This document shows positions 1 to 10,128 of a stretch of DNA of 46,310 bases, in pieces. The notes under the pieces are model-generated. The model did no database searches, had not been told where the DNA came from, and worked only from the letters and a program-made list of their open reading frames with translations. This DNA is from an uncultured Bacilli bacterium (GTDB lineage: Bacteria > Bacillota_I > Bacilli_A > RF39 > UBA660): assembly GCA_944359075.1 (NCBI GenBank), contig CALVSR010000002.1, positions 1 through 46,310 on the forward strand. The letters are read 5' to 3'. Position 1 is the stretch's first letter. Each line of letters starts with the position of its first letter. The position numbers and the translations under genes are program-made.

Positions 1-68
1 TACTTCACCAACTTTATCCTTTTTCTTTATTATACATGAAAAAAACGCATTTTTAAAATTTCATGCGT

Positions 69-575
69 TTATCCTGCTAAAATAGAGCTGATAAATCTTG
101 CCAAATTTTTATCCTCTTCACTAATATTCTGATCTACTAATATCACACTTCCCAAAGTATCACTATTTACTAGAAGTGGTACTAAGAAAAAAGAAAAATC
201 AGTGGCCTCATCTATAATAATGAAAGAGCCCTCTCTAGAATAAGATTCTTCTCTAGAATCAATTTTTTCTTTAATACTATTAGATAATTCTTTTCCTAAA
301 AAATTACGATTAAAATATTTAGGAGCAGCAATAACTTTTTCTTTATTAGTAATTAAAATATTCTTATCATAAATTCTAGATACAGAATCTACCAATACAA
401 CAGCACCCTCTACCATATCATCTAATAAAGAATATTTTTTTAAAATAATATCACCATCATCTACGAAAATTTCTAGACTATCTCCCTCATTAATTTTGAA
501 ATTTCTCCTAATTTCTTTAGGAATCACGATTCTACCCAAATCATCAATTCTTCTAACAACACCAGTTGCTTTCAT
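69..575 (-). CDS. spoVT: AbrB/SpoVT-family regulator (AbrB-type N-terminal DNA-binding domain plus C-terminal GAF-like domain)
   Basis: From the internal ATG the product begins MKATGVVRRIDDLGRIVIPKEIRRNFKINEGDSLEIF, the AbrB/SpoVT signature. It is ~168 aa, like SpoVT, and lies in the mfd neighbourhood as in Bacillus. The ORF-track start (617) was trimmed to the ATG at 575. Confidence 0.8.
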   Translation of the reverse strand: MKATGVVRRIDDLGRIVIPKEIRRNFKINEGDSLEIFVDDGDIILKKYSLLDDMVEGAVVLVDSVSRIYDKNILITNKEKVIAAPKYFNRNFLGKELSNSIKEKIDSREESYSREGSFIIIDEATDFSFFLVPLLVNSDTLGSVILVDQNISEEDKNLARFISSILAG

Positions 576-651
576 ATATAACCTTCTTTCTATCATTAGT
601 GTTAGAAAAATTATCAAGATTATACAAAAAAAGTATAGAAATTAAGCTATA

Positions 652-1281
652 CTAATGATCTGTTGTTTTAGATGAAATGGCTTGAAACCGCAAATAACTT
701 TCTTTGGCTTTATTAATCAAATTATTATCACGCAGCATAATTTCCATATGAATTTTTGTTTCCAATTTTCCATATAAACGATTTTTCGAATAATCCGCTA
801 TACGACTAAGTGCTAGTTTTTCTTTTTCTTCATCAACATGTTTTAAAATATACTGATTTAATTTTTCTAATCCATATTTCTGAACATTTATTACACAATG
901 CTCATTCAAACTTTTTTTAAAATCTTTTGTAGTTTGTAAAACATGCTCATAATAATCATTCAATGAGGACTCTTCAAACTCTAAATGATCAATATTTTTT
1001 TCTAATTCATCTTTTTTAATCCATAAAAGTCTTTCTATTTCTGTATAACTAGAAGTCTTCATTTGATTAATCGTATTGGTTATAAATTTATCACTATGAT
1101 AAATTCCAGAATCTTCATGAATAGAAATAATATTTTTAATAGCGGTATCGAATTCTAAATTAAATATATTAGTAATAGTATCCAATAAACTATTAATATT
1201 CTTTTCTAGATCATATTTTAAATTGTTAATGATAATAATTCTATTTTTTTCACGAAACATCTCTTTTAAATCTTTGTCCAT
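652..1281 (-). CDS. hypothetical protein (helical, Lys/Glu/Asn-rich; no family recognised)
   Basis: 209-aa ORF, the only long ORF at this locus and co-oriented with its neighbours. No motif I can name. Confidence 0.45.
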   Translation of the reverse strand: MDKDLKEMFREKNRIIIINNLKYDLEKNINSLLDTITNIFNLEFDTAIKNIISIHEDSGIYHSDKFITNTINQMKTSSYTEIERLLWIKKDELEKNIDHLEFEESSLNDYYEHVLQTTKDFKKSLNEHCVINVQKYGLEKLNQYILKHVDEEKEKLALSRIADYSKNRLYGKLETKIHMEIMLRDNNLINKAKESYLRFQAISSKTTDH

Positions 1282-1403
1282 GCTATCAATCCTTTTATTC
1301 TTAAGATAATCATAACAGTTTACACAAATTTAGTCAAATTTAAAAAAAGTATTGGATGCTTCTATTGTTTTAATATTAGAATATCATCATCAAAAAAGAA
1401 AAA

Positions 1404-1850
1404 TTAGTTAAAATCACCCGTCTTAAATTTTGCCAAAACTTTTTCTTTTCTTCCCTGTTCTTTTCTTTTGTAATCATTATGATGATATTTAATATCTCTA
1501 CTATAAGCAACCGGTAATTGATATAAATCGGCCATTCCTTTACTATAAGAAATTAATTTATGATTTACCAAAAAATGGAAAATAGATGGGTCAATTAGAA
1601 ACTCTCTTGCTAATACTTTTTTAGCCTGACAGTCTAATGGTTTCAACAAACAAACACCATGTTCATATCCCACATTTTCAAAATAAGCCCATAAGTCTGG
1701 TTTAATTAATAGATGTGTAATACGATTAGGACAATTTTCTAAAATAAGATAAGGCTTATCTGCATCCTCTACTACCTGAAATACATGACAATTATCATCG
1801 AATGTTTCTACTACAATCGTTTTAGTACCTTCTAATTTTGAATCTAACAT
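1404..1850 (-). CDS. hypothetical protein
   Basis: 148-aa ORF with a strong Shine-Dalgarno (AGGAGGGA, reverse complement of 1855-1862) 4 nt upstream of the ATG. No family recognised. Confidence 0.5.
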   Translation of the reverse strand: MLDSKLEGTKTIVVETFDDNCHVFQVVEDADKPYLILENCPNRITHLLIKPDLWAYFENVGYEHGVCLLKPLDCQAKKVLAREFLIDPSIFHFLVNHKLISYSKGMADLYQLPVAYSRDIKYHHNDYKRKEQGRKEKVLAKFKTGDFN

Positions 1851-1896
1851 GAAATCCCTCCTATTATTTTTATATGCATAGATAAATATAGAAATT

Positions 1897-1930
1897 AAAA
1901 AAACGAAGCCAGATAAACAAAGCTACCGTT
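1897..1930 (-). terminator. terminator-like imperfect hairpin plus U7 tract within the leader of the 148-aa gene (possible attenuator)
   Basis: The minus strand reads AACGGUAGCUUUGUUUAUCUGGCUUCGUUUUUUU. There is no upstream minus-strand gene for it to terminate. Confidence 0.25.
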
Positions 1931-2058
1931 TACTACCTACTATACACCGAAAGGGTGCTCATTTAAAGTATAATATTTTAACGAATTTGTCAAGCAAATA
2001 GGAAAAACTTTACGAAAAAGAAAAAAACTGATATAGTAAAATCAGTTTGGTGAGAATC

Positions 2059-3537
2059 ATGAAAAAAAAATTAATATTTTGTCTGACAATATCTATTTTA
2101 TTCTTATTAATTGGAACAAAGTCTTCTCCATTATATGCTTTAAATGATTGGTATGATGCTCAATGCTTTTTTACAATGGGAAAATCAATGATGAATGGAA
2201 GTGTTCCTTATCTAGATTTATTTGAACAAAAAGGTCCTTTATTATTTTTAATTTATGGAATCGCATCACTGATCTCTATCGATAGTTTCATTGGTGTCTT
2301 TGTAATAGAAGTAATAGCCTATACCATCTTTTTATACTATATAGATAAAATTATTACTATATATCTTCCTGAAAAATATAGTTACATCCTACTAACGATT
2401 TTATCACTATTAATATTATCATCAAGATCCTTTACTCATGGTGGTAGCTGTGAAGAATTATGTTTTCCTTTATTAGCAATGATTGCTTATTATTTTATAA
2501 AATATTTAAAAAATAACTATATTTCCAACAAAGAAACTCTAATCATTGGAATATTAACAGGATGCATATTTTGGATGAAATATACTCTACTAGGATTTTC
2601 TTTTGGATTTATCTTAGCAGTAACAATCAAGAAAATAAAGAATAAGGAATGGAAAGATTTTATTATAAAAATATTCTATTTCTTATTGGGAATTACTGTT
2701 ACTAGTATTCCTTGGATAATCTACTTTGGTATTCATAAAGGAGGATTAAAAAGTTTAGTAGACATCTACTTTTTATTCAATATTACCAGTTATGCAGATA
2801 ATATAACTATCATACAAAAAATAATTAACTTCTTTATTACTATCAAAGGTGTCCTAATAAAATATTATCAATATTTAATTCTAATTATTATCCCAATGAT
2901 CGTGTCAATAAAAACAAAATTATTTTTCAATCACACAAAAGATAATATCTACCTATTGATTTCCACCTTATTACTACTAACTTTTTTATTTATTGGAGGA
3001 ACTAACTATAGATATTATTCATTGCCAATGCAACCATTTATGATATTCGGATTAATATATATAGCTAGTATTATAGACAAAAATAAAATTGGTACACTAA
3101 TAAAAAAGTATCCTATCATAATGACCATTTTAACAATAATCGTTTGTTTACCAATAGCCTACTATCGATCACCAAATACTGAATACATAAAAAACAATAA
3201 AAATGATTATGCTCAATATACCTTTTTAGAAGAAATAGCTCCAAATAGCACGATTCTAAATTATGGTTTTTTAGATGGGGGCTTCTACTTTACTACAAAA
3301 ACATATCCAACCCAATATTACTTCCAAAAAAACAATATTAAATACGATATATTTTCACAAAATATAGATGAACAAAGAAAATATGTACAAGAAAAAAGAA
3401 TAGATTATGTGGTAGCATCTAATAAAACCTCTAAAAAAGACTTAGAATTATTAGAAAAAAATTATACTTTAATAAAAACTCATACTCAAAAATATGAAGA
3501 ACATGAAAGAACTTATTACTTATATGAGAAAAAGTAA
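2059..3537 (+). CDS. polytopic membrane glycosyltransferase, GT-C fold (ArnT/PMT, GT39-like)
   Basis: About 12 or more hydrophobic segments. The N-terminal region (SSPLYALNDWYDAQCFFTMGKSMMNGSVPYLDLFEQKGPLLF) is typical of GT39/ArnT-like enzymes. GGTGAG RBS lies 4 nt before the ATG at 2059; the ORF-track TTG at 2047 was rejected. Confidence 0.5.
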   Translation: MKKKLIFCLTISILFLLIGTKSSPLYALNDWYDAQCFFTMGKSMMNGSVPYLDLFEQKGPLLFLIYGIASLISIDSFIGVFVIEVIAYTIFLYYIDKIITIYLPEKYSYILLTILSLLILSSRSFTHGGSCEELCFPLLAMIAYYFIKYLKNNYISNKETLIIGILTGCIFWMKYTLLGFSFGFILAVTIKKIKNKEWKDFIIKIFYFLLGITVTSIPWIIYFGIHKGGLKSLVDIYFLFNITSYADNITIIQKIINFFITIKGVLIKYYQYLILIIIPMIVSIKTKLFFNHTKDNIYLLISTLLLLTFLFIGGTNYRYYSLPMQPFMIFGLIYIASIIDKNKIGTLIKKYPIIMTILTIIVCLPIAYYRSPNTEYIKNNKNDYAQYTFLEEIAPNSTILNYGFLDGGFYFTTKTYPTQYYFQKNNIKYDIFSQNIDEQRKYVQEKRIDYVVASNKTSKKDLELLEKNYTLIKTHTQKYEEHERTYYLYEKK

Positions 3538-3662
3538 AAAAAGAAAAAAGGAATGATTTCCATATATAACATAAGATATGGCTACCTTGGAAACAATAAT
3601 GATAATATTAGGTATCATACTTACAGTAATTACCTTCTTTATATATATTGATAAATTAAAAA

Positions 3663-3691
3663 AATAACTAGCGCATAATAAACTAGTTATT
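3663..3691. terminator. bidirectional hairpin between convergent genes
   Basis: AATAACTAG-N11-CTAGTTATT, a 9-bp stem flanked by an A-run on the left and a T-run on the right. It overlaps the mfd stop codon. Confidence 0.5.
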
Positions 3692-6600
3692 TTTCTTTGC
3701 TATCTTACTAAGTAATTCTACTAAATAATAAACATAATGTTTTTCTAATTTAATTGTATCTAAAACAATAATTAATTTTTCTTCCCGCATCTTAAAACGA
3801 AACATTGGAGTAATATGAAAAGCATCCGTAAATAATTTTTCTCCATCTATTTTAGTAGTCATTTCTTTACTAAAGATTAATTCCAGTGAGTTTCTTGTAT
3901 GGTTTACTTTTTCTATTTCTAAACTCTTAGCAAGTTTTTCAAACCATTCTTGATACATGTAAATAATAATTGTTTCATCTAGATTACCAAAACGGTCTTC
4001 TAAATCTGCTTGAACTTCTTTTAATTTTTCTAAAGAATCAATGGTATTAATTTGTTTATGAACTGCAATTTTTAAATTATCATCATCGGTATAATTATTA
4101 GAAATATGAGTCGATACATCTAAAAGAGGTTTTTCATTTTGAATAATTTCCTCTTTAGGCACAATACCCTTCAGGCGATTAATCTCATCTTGTAACATTT
4201 TTAAATATAAATCAATACCTACAGTATCAATAAATCCCGCTTGTTCACTACCTAAAATATCACCTGCGCCACGAATGGATAAATCGCGAGTAGCTATCGA
4301 AAAACCACTGCCTAACTCCGTAAAATCTTTAATAGCATTTAATCTCTTAACTGCCGCATCATTCAACATTTTAGCAGGAGAATACATTAAATAAGCATAG
4401 GCAATTTTGTTACTACGACCAACTCTACCACGAATTTGATATAATTGACTAAGACCAAAGCGATCCGCATCTAAAATAATTAAGGTATTGGCATTAGGAA
4501 TATCGATACCTGTTTCGATAATAGTAGTACAAATCAAAATATCATACTCATGGTCAATGAAAGCCTGCATTCTATCCTCTAACTCATCCTTAGTCAGTTG
4601 TCCATGAGCAAAAATGATTCTAGCTTCAGGAACTAAGCTCTGAATTTCATAAACTTTTCTTTCAATACTATCTACACGATTATAAAGTAAGAAAACTTGT
4701 CCATCTCTAGACATTTCTTTATATATAGCATCTTTTATGATTTGCTTATTTTCTTCAATTACATAAGTTTGTACAGGATATCGATCAACGGGTGGTGTTT
4801 CAATCAAAGATAGACTTCTAATGCCTATCATAGACATCTGTAGTGTTCTTGGAATAGGGGTAGCAGTTAAAGTAAGTACATCTACATTACTCTTATACTC
4901 TTTAATTTTTTCTTTATGTGTAACACCAAAACGTTGCTCCTCATCAATAATTAAAAGTCCTAAATCTTTTGGTTTAATATCATTACTAAGCAAACGATGA
5001 GTCCCTATTACAAAATCTATAGTTCCATTCTCTAAACCCTCCAAAATTCTTTTTTTCTCTTTCGGAGTCGTAAAACGATTTAAAAGTCCAATATTGATAG
5101 GAAAATCACGAAATCTAATAAGAGCATTTTGATACTGTTGATTGGAAAGAATAGTAGTTGGACATAAGTATAAAACTTGTTTAGAATCCATTACAGCTTT
5201 GAATACTGCTCGAAAAGCAACTTCTGTTTTTCCATAACCGACATCACCACATAAAAGTCGATCCATTGGGTGTTGGGATTCCATATCTTCTTTGATTTGT
5301 TCGATTGCCAGTAGTTGATCTTTCGTTTCCGTATATTCAAAAGCATCATCAAACTTTTGCTGTAGTTCTGTATCTTTAGAGAAAGCAAAACCACTTTTCA
5401 TTTCTCTTTCCGCATAAAGTTTTAATAATTTGTCCGCAATATCATGAATTTTACTTTTAACACGGGCTTTCACTTTGTTCCAATCAGAACCACCCAATTT
5501 ATTAATTTTAGGAACAGCTCCTTCATTACCAGAATACTTGCTGATTAAATCAATTTTCTCAACAGGAATATAAAGTTTATCGTTTCCAGCATAGATAACC
5601 TCAATATAATCTTTAATCAGTTCTCCATGTGTTAATGTTTTTATACCATTATAAATCCCAATACCATTCACAGCATGAACTACATAATCTCCAATTTCTA
5701 ATTTATTAATGTCTTTAATCTTGGAAGAATATTTAAAATTTGTCTTATATTTTTTACGAACGATTGGATAGTTAAATAATTCCTTATCTGTTAAAACTAC
5801 CATATCCTGATATAGAAAACCCTTATTTATAGTTTTCGCAACAATATTAATAACACCTTTCTCAAGATGATCTTCTGCTGTTATTATATAAGAACTTTGT
5901 AATTCCTTTACAAAATTTTTAATTTGAATTTCTTTTAAATAAACAACAACTAATTTATTTAGATATAATTGTTCATTTAAAAAGTGATTAATTGCTTCTA
6001 TATTTTCATGAAAAGGAGTAATTTCTTTTACATCAAAATAATAAATTTGAATGCTTTTATCTTCTAAAAGATTATCTATCGTTAAATAGTGATTTAAATA
6101 TTTTGGAGAAAACTGATGAAAATCAAACATGTATTCCCCATAAAAATCCTGATCTTTTTCATTACGATATTCTATCGCTTCTTTTAAAATATTTTGATAA
6201 GCAATTTCTAACTGTGGTTGGTCCTTATAAAAAACAATGGAATCTTCCAAATAATCAAGTAAAGAAGAAACTGTAGAAAATTCTTTTAAATACTTCTGCT
6301 TATTCTCTAATATTTCAATATCAGAATCTAATATAAATTCACTATATGGAAAAATTTTAACTTTTTGAATTTCGTTAATAGATTTTTGAGTATCCTCATC
6401 AAAAGTTCGTATAGAATCAATGGTATCGCCAAAAAATTCAAAACGAACAGGATGATTTTCACCCAATGGAAAAACATCTACAATAAAACCTCTTACTGCA
6501 AATTCACCTGTTTTCGTTACTAAAGATTCTCTTTTATACCCAATATTATTTAAATATTTTGCGAACTCTATTTGATCTAAATCTTGATTCATAGAAATGA

Positions 6601-6991
6601 CTCGAATACTTTTCTGATAAGTAGATACCTCTGGTAGAAATCTTAAATATCCCATTAGATTGGTAATAACAATTTCTTTTTTATTGTTTATAATACTATT
6701 TAAAGTTTCTAATCGATTTACCATCAAGTCAGGACTGGCAGCAATAGCTTCACTCGTCAAAAAATCATCCATTGGAAATAAATAAACATTTTCTTGATAA
6801 TTAGAAAGACTATCATATAATTGATTTGCTTCAAATAAGCTAGATGTAACAATCAAAATAGACCGATTATTGTTTTGATAAATAGTATCTAGATAACGAC
6901 AAAAAAGCTCATCAGTTAAACCTGCTAAGCCAATATTTTTTACATCCTTAGTTGGAATACTAGCATCAAATATATTCATTTTACTCACCAT
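3683..6991 (-). CDS. mfd: transcription-repair coupling factor Mfd
   Basis: 1102 aa. Has a CarD/TRCF RNAP-interaction region (GDYVVHAVNGIGIY), superfamily-2 helicase motifs (GDVGYGKTEVA, DEEQRFG, TATPIPRT) and a TRG-type C-terminal region. Follows pth as in Bacillus. An alternative start is the ATG at 6979 with a GGTGAG RBS. Confidence 0.95.
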   Translation of the reverse strand: MVSKMNIFDASIPTKDVKNIGLAGLTDELFCRYLDTIYQNNNRSILIVTSSLFEANQLYDSLSNYQENVYLFPMDDFLTSEAIAASPDLMVNRLETLNSIINNKKEIVITNLMGYLRFLPEVSTYQKSIRVISMNQDLDQIEFAKYLNNIGYKRESLVTKTGEFAVRGFIVDVFPLGENHPVRFEFFGDTIDSIRTFDEDTQKSINEIQKVKIFPYSEFILDSDIEILENKQKYLKEFSTVSSLLDYLEDSIVFYKDQPQLEIAYQNILKEAIEYRNEKDQDFYGEYMFDFHQFSPKYLNHYLTIDNLLEDKSIQIYYFDVKEITPFHENIEAINHFLNEQLYLNKLVVVYLKEIQIKNFVKELQSSYIITAEDHLEKGVINIVAKTINKGFLYQDMVVLTDKELFNYPIVRKKYKTNFKYSSKIKDINKLEIGDYVVHAVNGIGIYNGIKTLTHGELIKDYIEVIYAGNDKLYIPVEKIDLISKYSGNEGAVPKINKLGGSDWNKVKARVKSKIHDIADKLLKLYAEREMKSGFAFSKDTELQQKFDDAFEYTETKDQLLAIEQIKEDMESQHPMDRLLCGDVGYGKTEVAFRAVFKAVMDSKQVLYLCPTTILSNQQYQNALIRFRDFPINIGLLNRFTTPKEKKRILEGLENGTIDFVIGTHRLLSNDIKPKDLGLLIIDEEQRFGVTHKEKIKEYKSNVDVLTLTATPIPRTLQMSMIGIRSLSLIETPPVDRYPVQTYVIEENKQIIKDAIYKEMSRDGQVFLLYNRVDSIERKVYEIQSLVPEARIIFAHGQLTKDELEDRMQAFIDHEYDILICTTIIETGIDIPNANTLIILDADRFGLSQLYQIRGRVGRSNKIAYAYLMYSPAKMLNDAAVKRLNAIKDFTELGSGFSIATRDLSIRGAGDILGSEQAGFIDTVGIDLYLKMLQDEINRLKGIVPKEEIIQNEKPLLDVSTHISNNYTDDDNLKIAVHKQINTIDSLEKLKEVQADLEDRFGNLDETIIIYMYQEWFEKLAKSLEIEKVNHTRNSLELIFSKEMTTKIDGEKLFTDAFHITPMFRFKMREEKLIIVLDTIKLEKHYVYYLVELLSKIAKKNN

Positions 6992-7552
6992 CTATCTATG
7001 ATTATATTTTGACATTAATTCACCAAATGATACTTTAAAATAATCATCTAATATCTGTAAAACAGTATTTTCTACTTCATTTAACTTTTTTATTTCTTCA
7101 GTAGACAGTTTACCAAGAACATAATCTTTTGTATCCATATTTTTATTATTAGAAATACCTATTTTAATCCTTTTATATTCTTGAGTGCCTAAATGAAGCT
7201 CAATGTTTTTTAAACCGTTATGACCACCACTAGAACCTTTTTGTTTTAATTTATAAGTTCCTATTTCTAAATCTAAATCATCATGAATGATTAGAATATC
7301 ACGAATAGAAATTTTATAGAAATCCACAAATCTGCGGATAACCTCTCCACTTAGATTAATAAAAGACTGTGGTTTTAACAATAAAACTTTTTCCCCATCA
7401 ATCAAAACTTCACCATATAATCCGTTAAATTTAGACTTCGTAATAAAAATACCTAACTTACTAGCGTATTTGTCTATCGTCTGAAAACCAATATTATGAC
7501 GAGTTGCTTCATACTCTTTTCCTGGATTGCCAAGTCCAACGATTAATTTCAT
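6992..7552 (-). CDS. pth: peptidyl-tRNA hydrolase
   Basis: MKLIVGLGNPGKEYEATRHNIGF and GSSGGHNGLKNI are the Pth signatures. 186 aa. Confidence 0.95.
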   Translation of the reverse strand: MKLIVGLGNPGKEYEATRHNIGFQTIDKYASKLGIFITKSKFNGLYGEVLIDGEKVLLLKPQSFINLSGEVIRRFVDFYKISIRDILIIHDDLDLEIGTYKLKQKGSSGGHNGLKNIELHLGTQEYKRIKIGISNNKNMDTKDYVLGKLSTEEIKKLNEVENTVLQILDDYFKVSFGELMSKYNHR

Positions 7553-7744
7553 TTTATCTCACCTACTTATCTTTTTTTACTTATCCATATCTACAAATTT
7601 TTAATAACTAGAGTTTTTTAATTATATTTTCATTCAAATGCCTTATATTTTATAGTAGAAATCCATTTCATTATAATATCTAGAATGTAATATTGCAGAT
7701 TAAAATTTTATTCACAATCATATTACATCTTTATATCCAAACTT

Positions 7745-7770
7745 AAAATTATTTCCCGGGAAATAATTTT
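7745..7770. promoter_or_regulatory. Noc-binding-site (NBS) palindrome AAAATTATTTCCCGGGAAATAATTTT
   Basis: Core 7750-7765 is TATTTCCCGGGAAATA, an exact match to the B. subtilis NBS consensus (ATTTCCCGGGAAAT). It lies directly 3' of rsmI and touches the stop codon, so it could also act as a weak bidirectional terminator. Confidence 0.65.
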
Positions 7771-8609
7771 CAATTATCAATATGATATTCTTTATATACG
7801 ACGGACTTAGGAATACCTCTTTCTACAGCTACTTTTTTTAGAGCTTCTTTCTCTGTCATACCATCTTCTAAATAAAGATTAATATGTTCTAAAATAGTCA
7901 TAGTAGAAAAATCTTCCTGTTCTAAATTACCTTCTACTATAACAACCATTTCTCCTTTTAAAGTATCAGCTATTTCCAAAACTTCTTCTACTCTACCACG
8001 AATTGCTTCTTCATATTTCTTGCTGATTTCTCTACATAAAGCTATTTTTCTATTACCAAAAACTTGGAGTAATGATTTTAACATATCACTAATTCGATGA
8101 GGTGCTTCATACAAGATGATAGTATAAGGTAATTTTTTCAAACTTTCAAGCTCTTTTACACGTTTAGATTCTTTACTATTTAAAAATCCATAAAATAAGA
8201 AAGGTGCAGGATGAATCCCTGACATTGTTAAAGCAGGAACAAAAGCAGTTGGCCCTGGTAAACTTATAACATTAAAACCATTACGACTCACATATTCAAC
8301 AATCTTATAACCTGGATCACTAATAATAGGAGTTCCTCTATCTGTAACAAGACCAATATTTAGTCCTTCTTGAAGCTTTGATAATACCATCTCTTTCAAC
8401 GAATCTTCGTTATGGTCATCAGAATGGATTAATTTTTTCTTAATATCCAATTTATGAAGCAATTCAGCTGTTACTCTAGTATCTTCACAAAGTAATAAAT
8501 CTACCATTTTCAAAGTATTAATACTACGTAAAGTAATATCTTCCATATTTCCTACTGGAGTTGGAATTAAATATAAGCTTGGGCTATTATCATAACTTTT
8601 TTGTCTCAT
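7770..8609 (-). CDS. rsmI: 16S rRNA (cytidine1402-2'-O)-methyltransferase RsmI
   Basis: Tetrapyrrole-methylase-fold N-terminus (LYLIPTPVGNMEDITLRSINTL...CEDTR) and synteny with yabB/yabC of Bacillus. Confidence 0.9.
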   Translation of the reverse strand: MRQKSYDNSPSLYLIPTPVGNMEDITLRSINTLKMVDLLLCEDTRVTAELLHKLDIKKKLIHSDDHNEDSLKEMVLSKLQEGLNIGLVTDRGTPIISDPGYKIVEYVSRNGFNVISLPGPTAFVPALTMSGIHPAPFLFYGFLNSKESKRVKELESLKKLPYTIILYEAPHRISDMLKSLLQVFGNRKIALCREISKKYEEAIRGRVEEVLEIADTLKGEMVVIVEGNLEQEDFSTMTILEHINLYLEDGMTEKEALKKVAVERGIPKSVVYKEYHIDN

Positions 8610-8620
8610 AAAATCTACCT

Positions 8621-9340
8621 CTATTCAAACATCTTCAAAATTTCTTCTGTGTAACTACCATCTTCATTATGAGCATAAAGTGGAGGTAATAATTTAAGCC
8701 CAACTTTTCCATTTTTTCTACCTTCTATTAAAACCATATTGGATTCCATATTGATTTTAGGATAAACAAAACGAAGTTTTTTCACTTCAAGACCATATTT
8801 TTGAAATAAACTAATAATTTCAATAAGTCTATCGGCTCTATGAACCATAGCAAGTACACCATTATTTTTTAATAAAAATTTAGATAAAGAAATAATTTCT
8901 TCTAAAGTAATCATCTTCTCATGCCTAGCTATGATTTTATGTTCATCTTCATTTAGATTACTAGTTTCTAAGTATTTAAAATATGGTGGATTACAAGTAA
9001 TCACATCAATACTATCACTAGGATAAATATATCTTAACTCTTTCATGTCTATATTTAATAATTCTATTCTAGCCTCTAAATGATTATAAAATATACTCTT
9101 CTTAGCCAAATCATAACTATCTTTCTGAATTTCTACCCCTATAATTTTTGCATCCGTTTTCGTAGATAAAATAAGCGGAATAGGAGCATTTCCACAACCT
9201 AAATCTATGATTGTATCTATATTTTTATTAAGTGTTACAAAATTTGGTAACAGAACAGAATCTAAAGAAAAAGAAAACCATTCTGTATTCTGATAAATTT
9301 TTAAATTTTTATAACCGACCAAATCATTTAAAACTTCCAT
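8621..9340 (-). CDS. class I SAM-dependent N6-adenine methyltransferase, YabB/TrmN6-like
   Basis: SAM motif IDLGCGNAPIPLIL and catalytic NPPY (CNPPYFKY). Sits between ricT and rsmI, as yabB does in Bacillus. Confidence 0.8.
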   Translation of the reverse strand: MEVLNDLVGYKNLKIYQNTEWFSFSLDSVLLPNFVTLNKNIDTIIDLGCGNAPIPLILSTKTDAKIIGVEIQKDSYDLAKKSIFYNHLEARIELLNIDMKELRYIYPSDSIDVITCNPPYFKYLETSNLNEDEHKIIARHEKMITLEEIISLSKFLLKNNGVLAMVHRADRLIEIISLFQKYGLEVKKLRFVYPKINMESNMVLIEGRKNGKVGLKLLPPLYAHNEDGSYTEEILKMFE

Positions 9341-10128
9341 TATACTTCGACCTCTACTAAAGTTTTATTCTTAGTTTCAATAGTAGCGGTTCTTTTCAGC
9401 AAATTTATAGAAGTTACTTTACCTTCTATTTCCCCATTTTTATACAATTGGCCAATAGATGGCATTCCTTTTTTCATTTCTGTATATACTTCATCTTCAT
9501 AATTTAAGCAACACAATAATCTACCACATACACCATTAATTTTAGTTGGATTTAAAGCAAGCATTTGATTCTTGGCCATATTGATAGATACACTATTAAA
9601 ATCGGTTAAAAAAGTACTACAACACAAAAATCTACCACAAGGACCAATTCCACCTATTTCTTTTGCCTTATCACGAACACCAATCTGCCTAAGTTCAATA
9701 CGTGTATGATAAATTTGAGCTAATTTTTTTGCAAATTCTCTAAAATCAACCCTTGAATCTGCTAAGAAATTAAATAATAATTGATTACGATCAAAGGTAT
9801 AGGTAGCATCAATAATACGCATATTTAAAGATAGTTGATGAGAAATCTCTCGGGCTTTTAATAAAGCTTCACCAGAATCCTTTTGATTTTTAAGATATTG
9901 CTTATCATCATCTTTTGTAGTAAGACGAATGATATTTTTTAAAGGAGAACCTAAATCTTCCTCTGTTACCTCGTAAGGATTTACAACAACTTGTCCATAT
10001 TGTAATCCTTTCTCCGTTTCCACAATAACGGTATCATCTTTCTTTAATTCTAAATTATTAGATGAAAAAAAATAAGTTTTTCCCTTACCATTTAAAACAA
10101 CACCAACAATTTTATCCATTCTTCCCAC
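9340..10128 (-). CDS. ricT: PSP1-domain protein RicT (YaaT)
   Basis: RIELRQIGVRDKAKEIGGIGPCGRFLCCSTFL and GVCGRLLCCLNYE are the conserved YaaT Cys motifs. Follows holB as in Bacillus. Confidence 0.9.
   Translation of the reverse strand: MGRMDKIVGVVLNGKGKTYFFSSNNLELKKDDTVIVETEKGLQYGQVVVNPYEVTEEDLGSPLKNIIRLTTKDDDKQYLKNQKDSGEALLKAREISHQLSLNMRIIDATYTFDRNQLLFNFLADSRVDFREFAKKLAQIYHTRIELRQIGVRDKAKEIGGIGPCGRFLCCSTFLTDFNSVSINMAKNQMLALNPTKINGVCGRLLCCLNYEDEVYTEMKKGMPSIGQLYKNGEIEGKVTSINLLKRTATIETKNKTLVEVEV

Noticed and set aside
7745-7770. The CCCGGG-centred palindromes could be nothing more than rho-independent terminators.
   Set aside because: The stem is almost entirely A/U with only a few G-C pairs at its tip. 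One copy lies inside the dnaX CDS and three lie in a gene-free array. The core is an exact match to the Noc-binding site, and a Noc-like gene is present. A secondary terminator role at 7745 and 31442 remains possible.
7770-7772. The genome could use the Mollicutes-type genetic code (TGA = Trp), given the extreme AT-richness.
   Set aside because: TGA terminates rsmI at the expected length. Trp is encoded by TGG throughout the conserved proteins. Sporulation-type genes are also present.
9340-9340. There is no yabA (DnaA/DnaN-binding initiation regulator) between ricT and the yabB-like gene, where Bacillus has it.
   Set aside because: Absence from one locus does not show absence from the genome. 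It is noted only as context for the DnaA-box observation.
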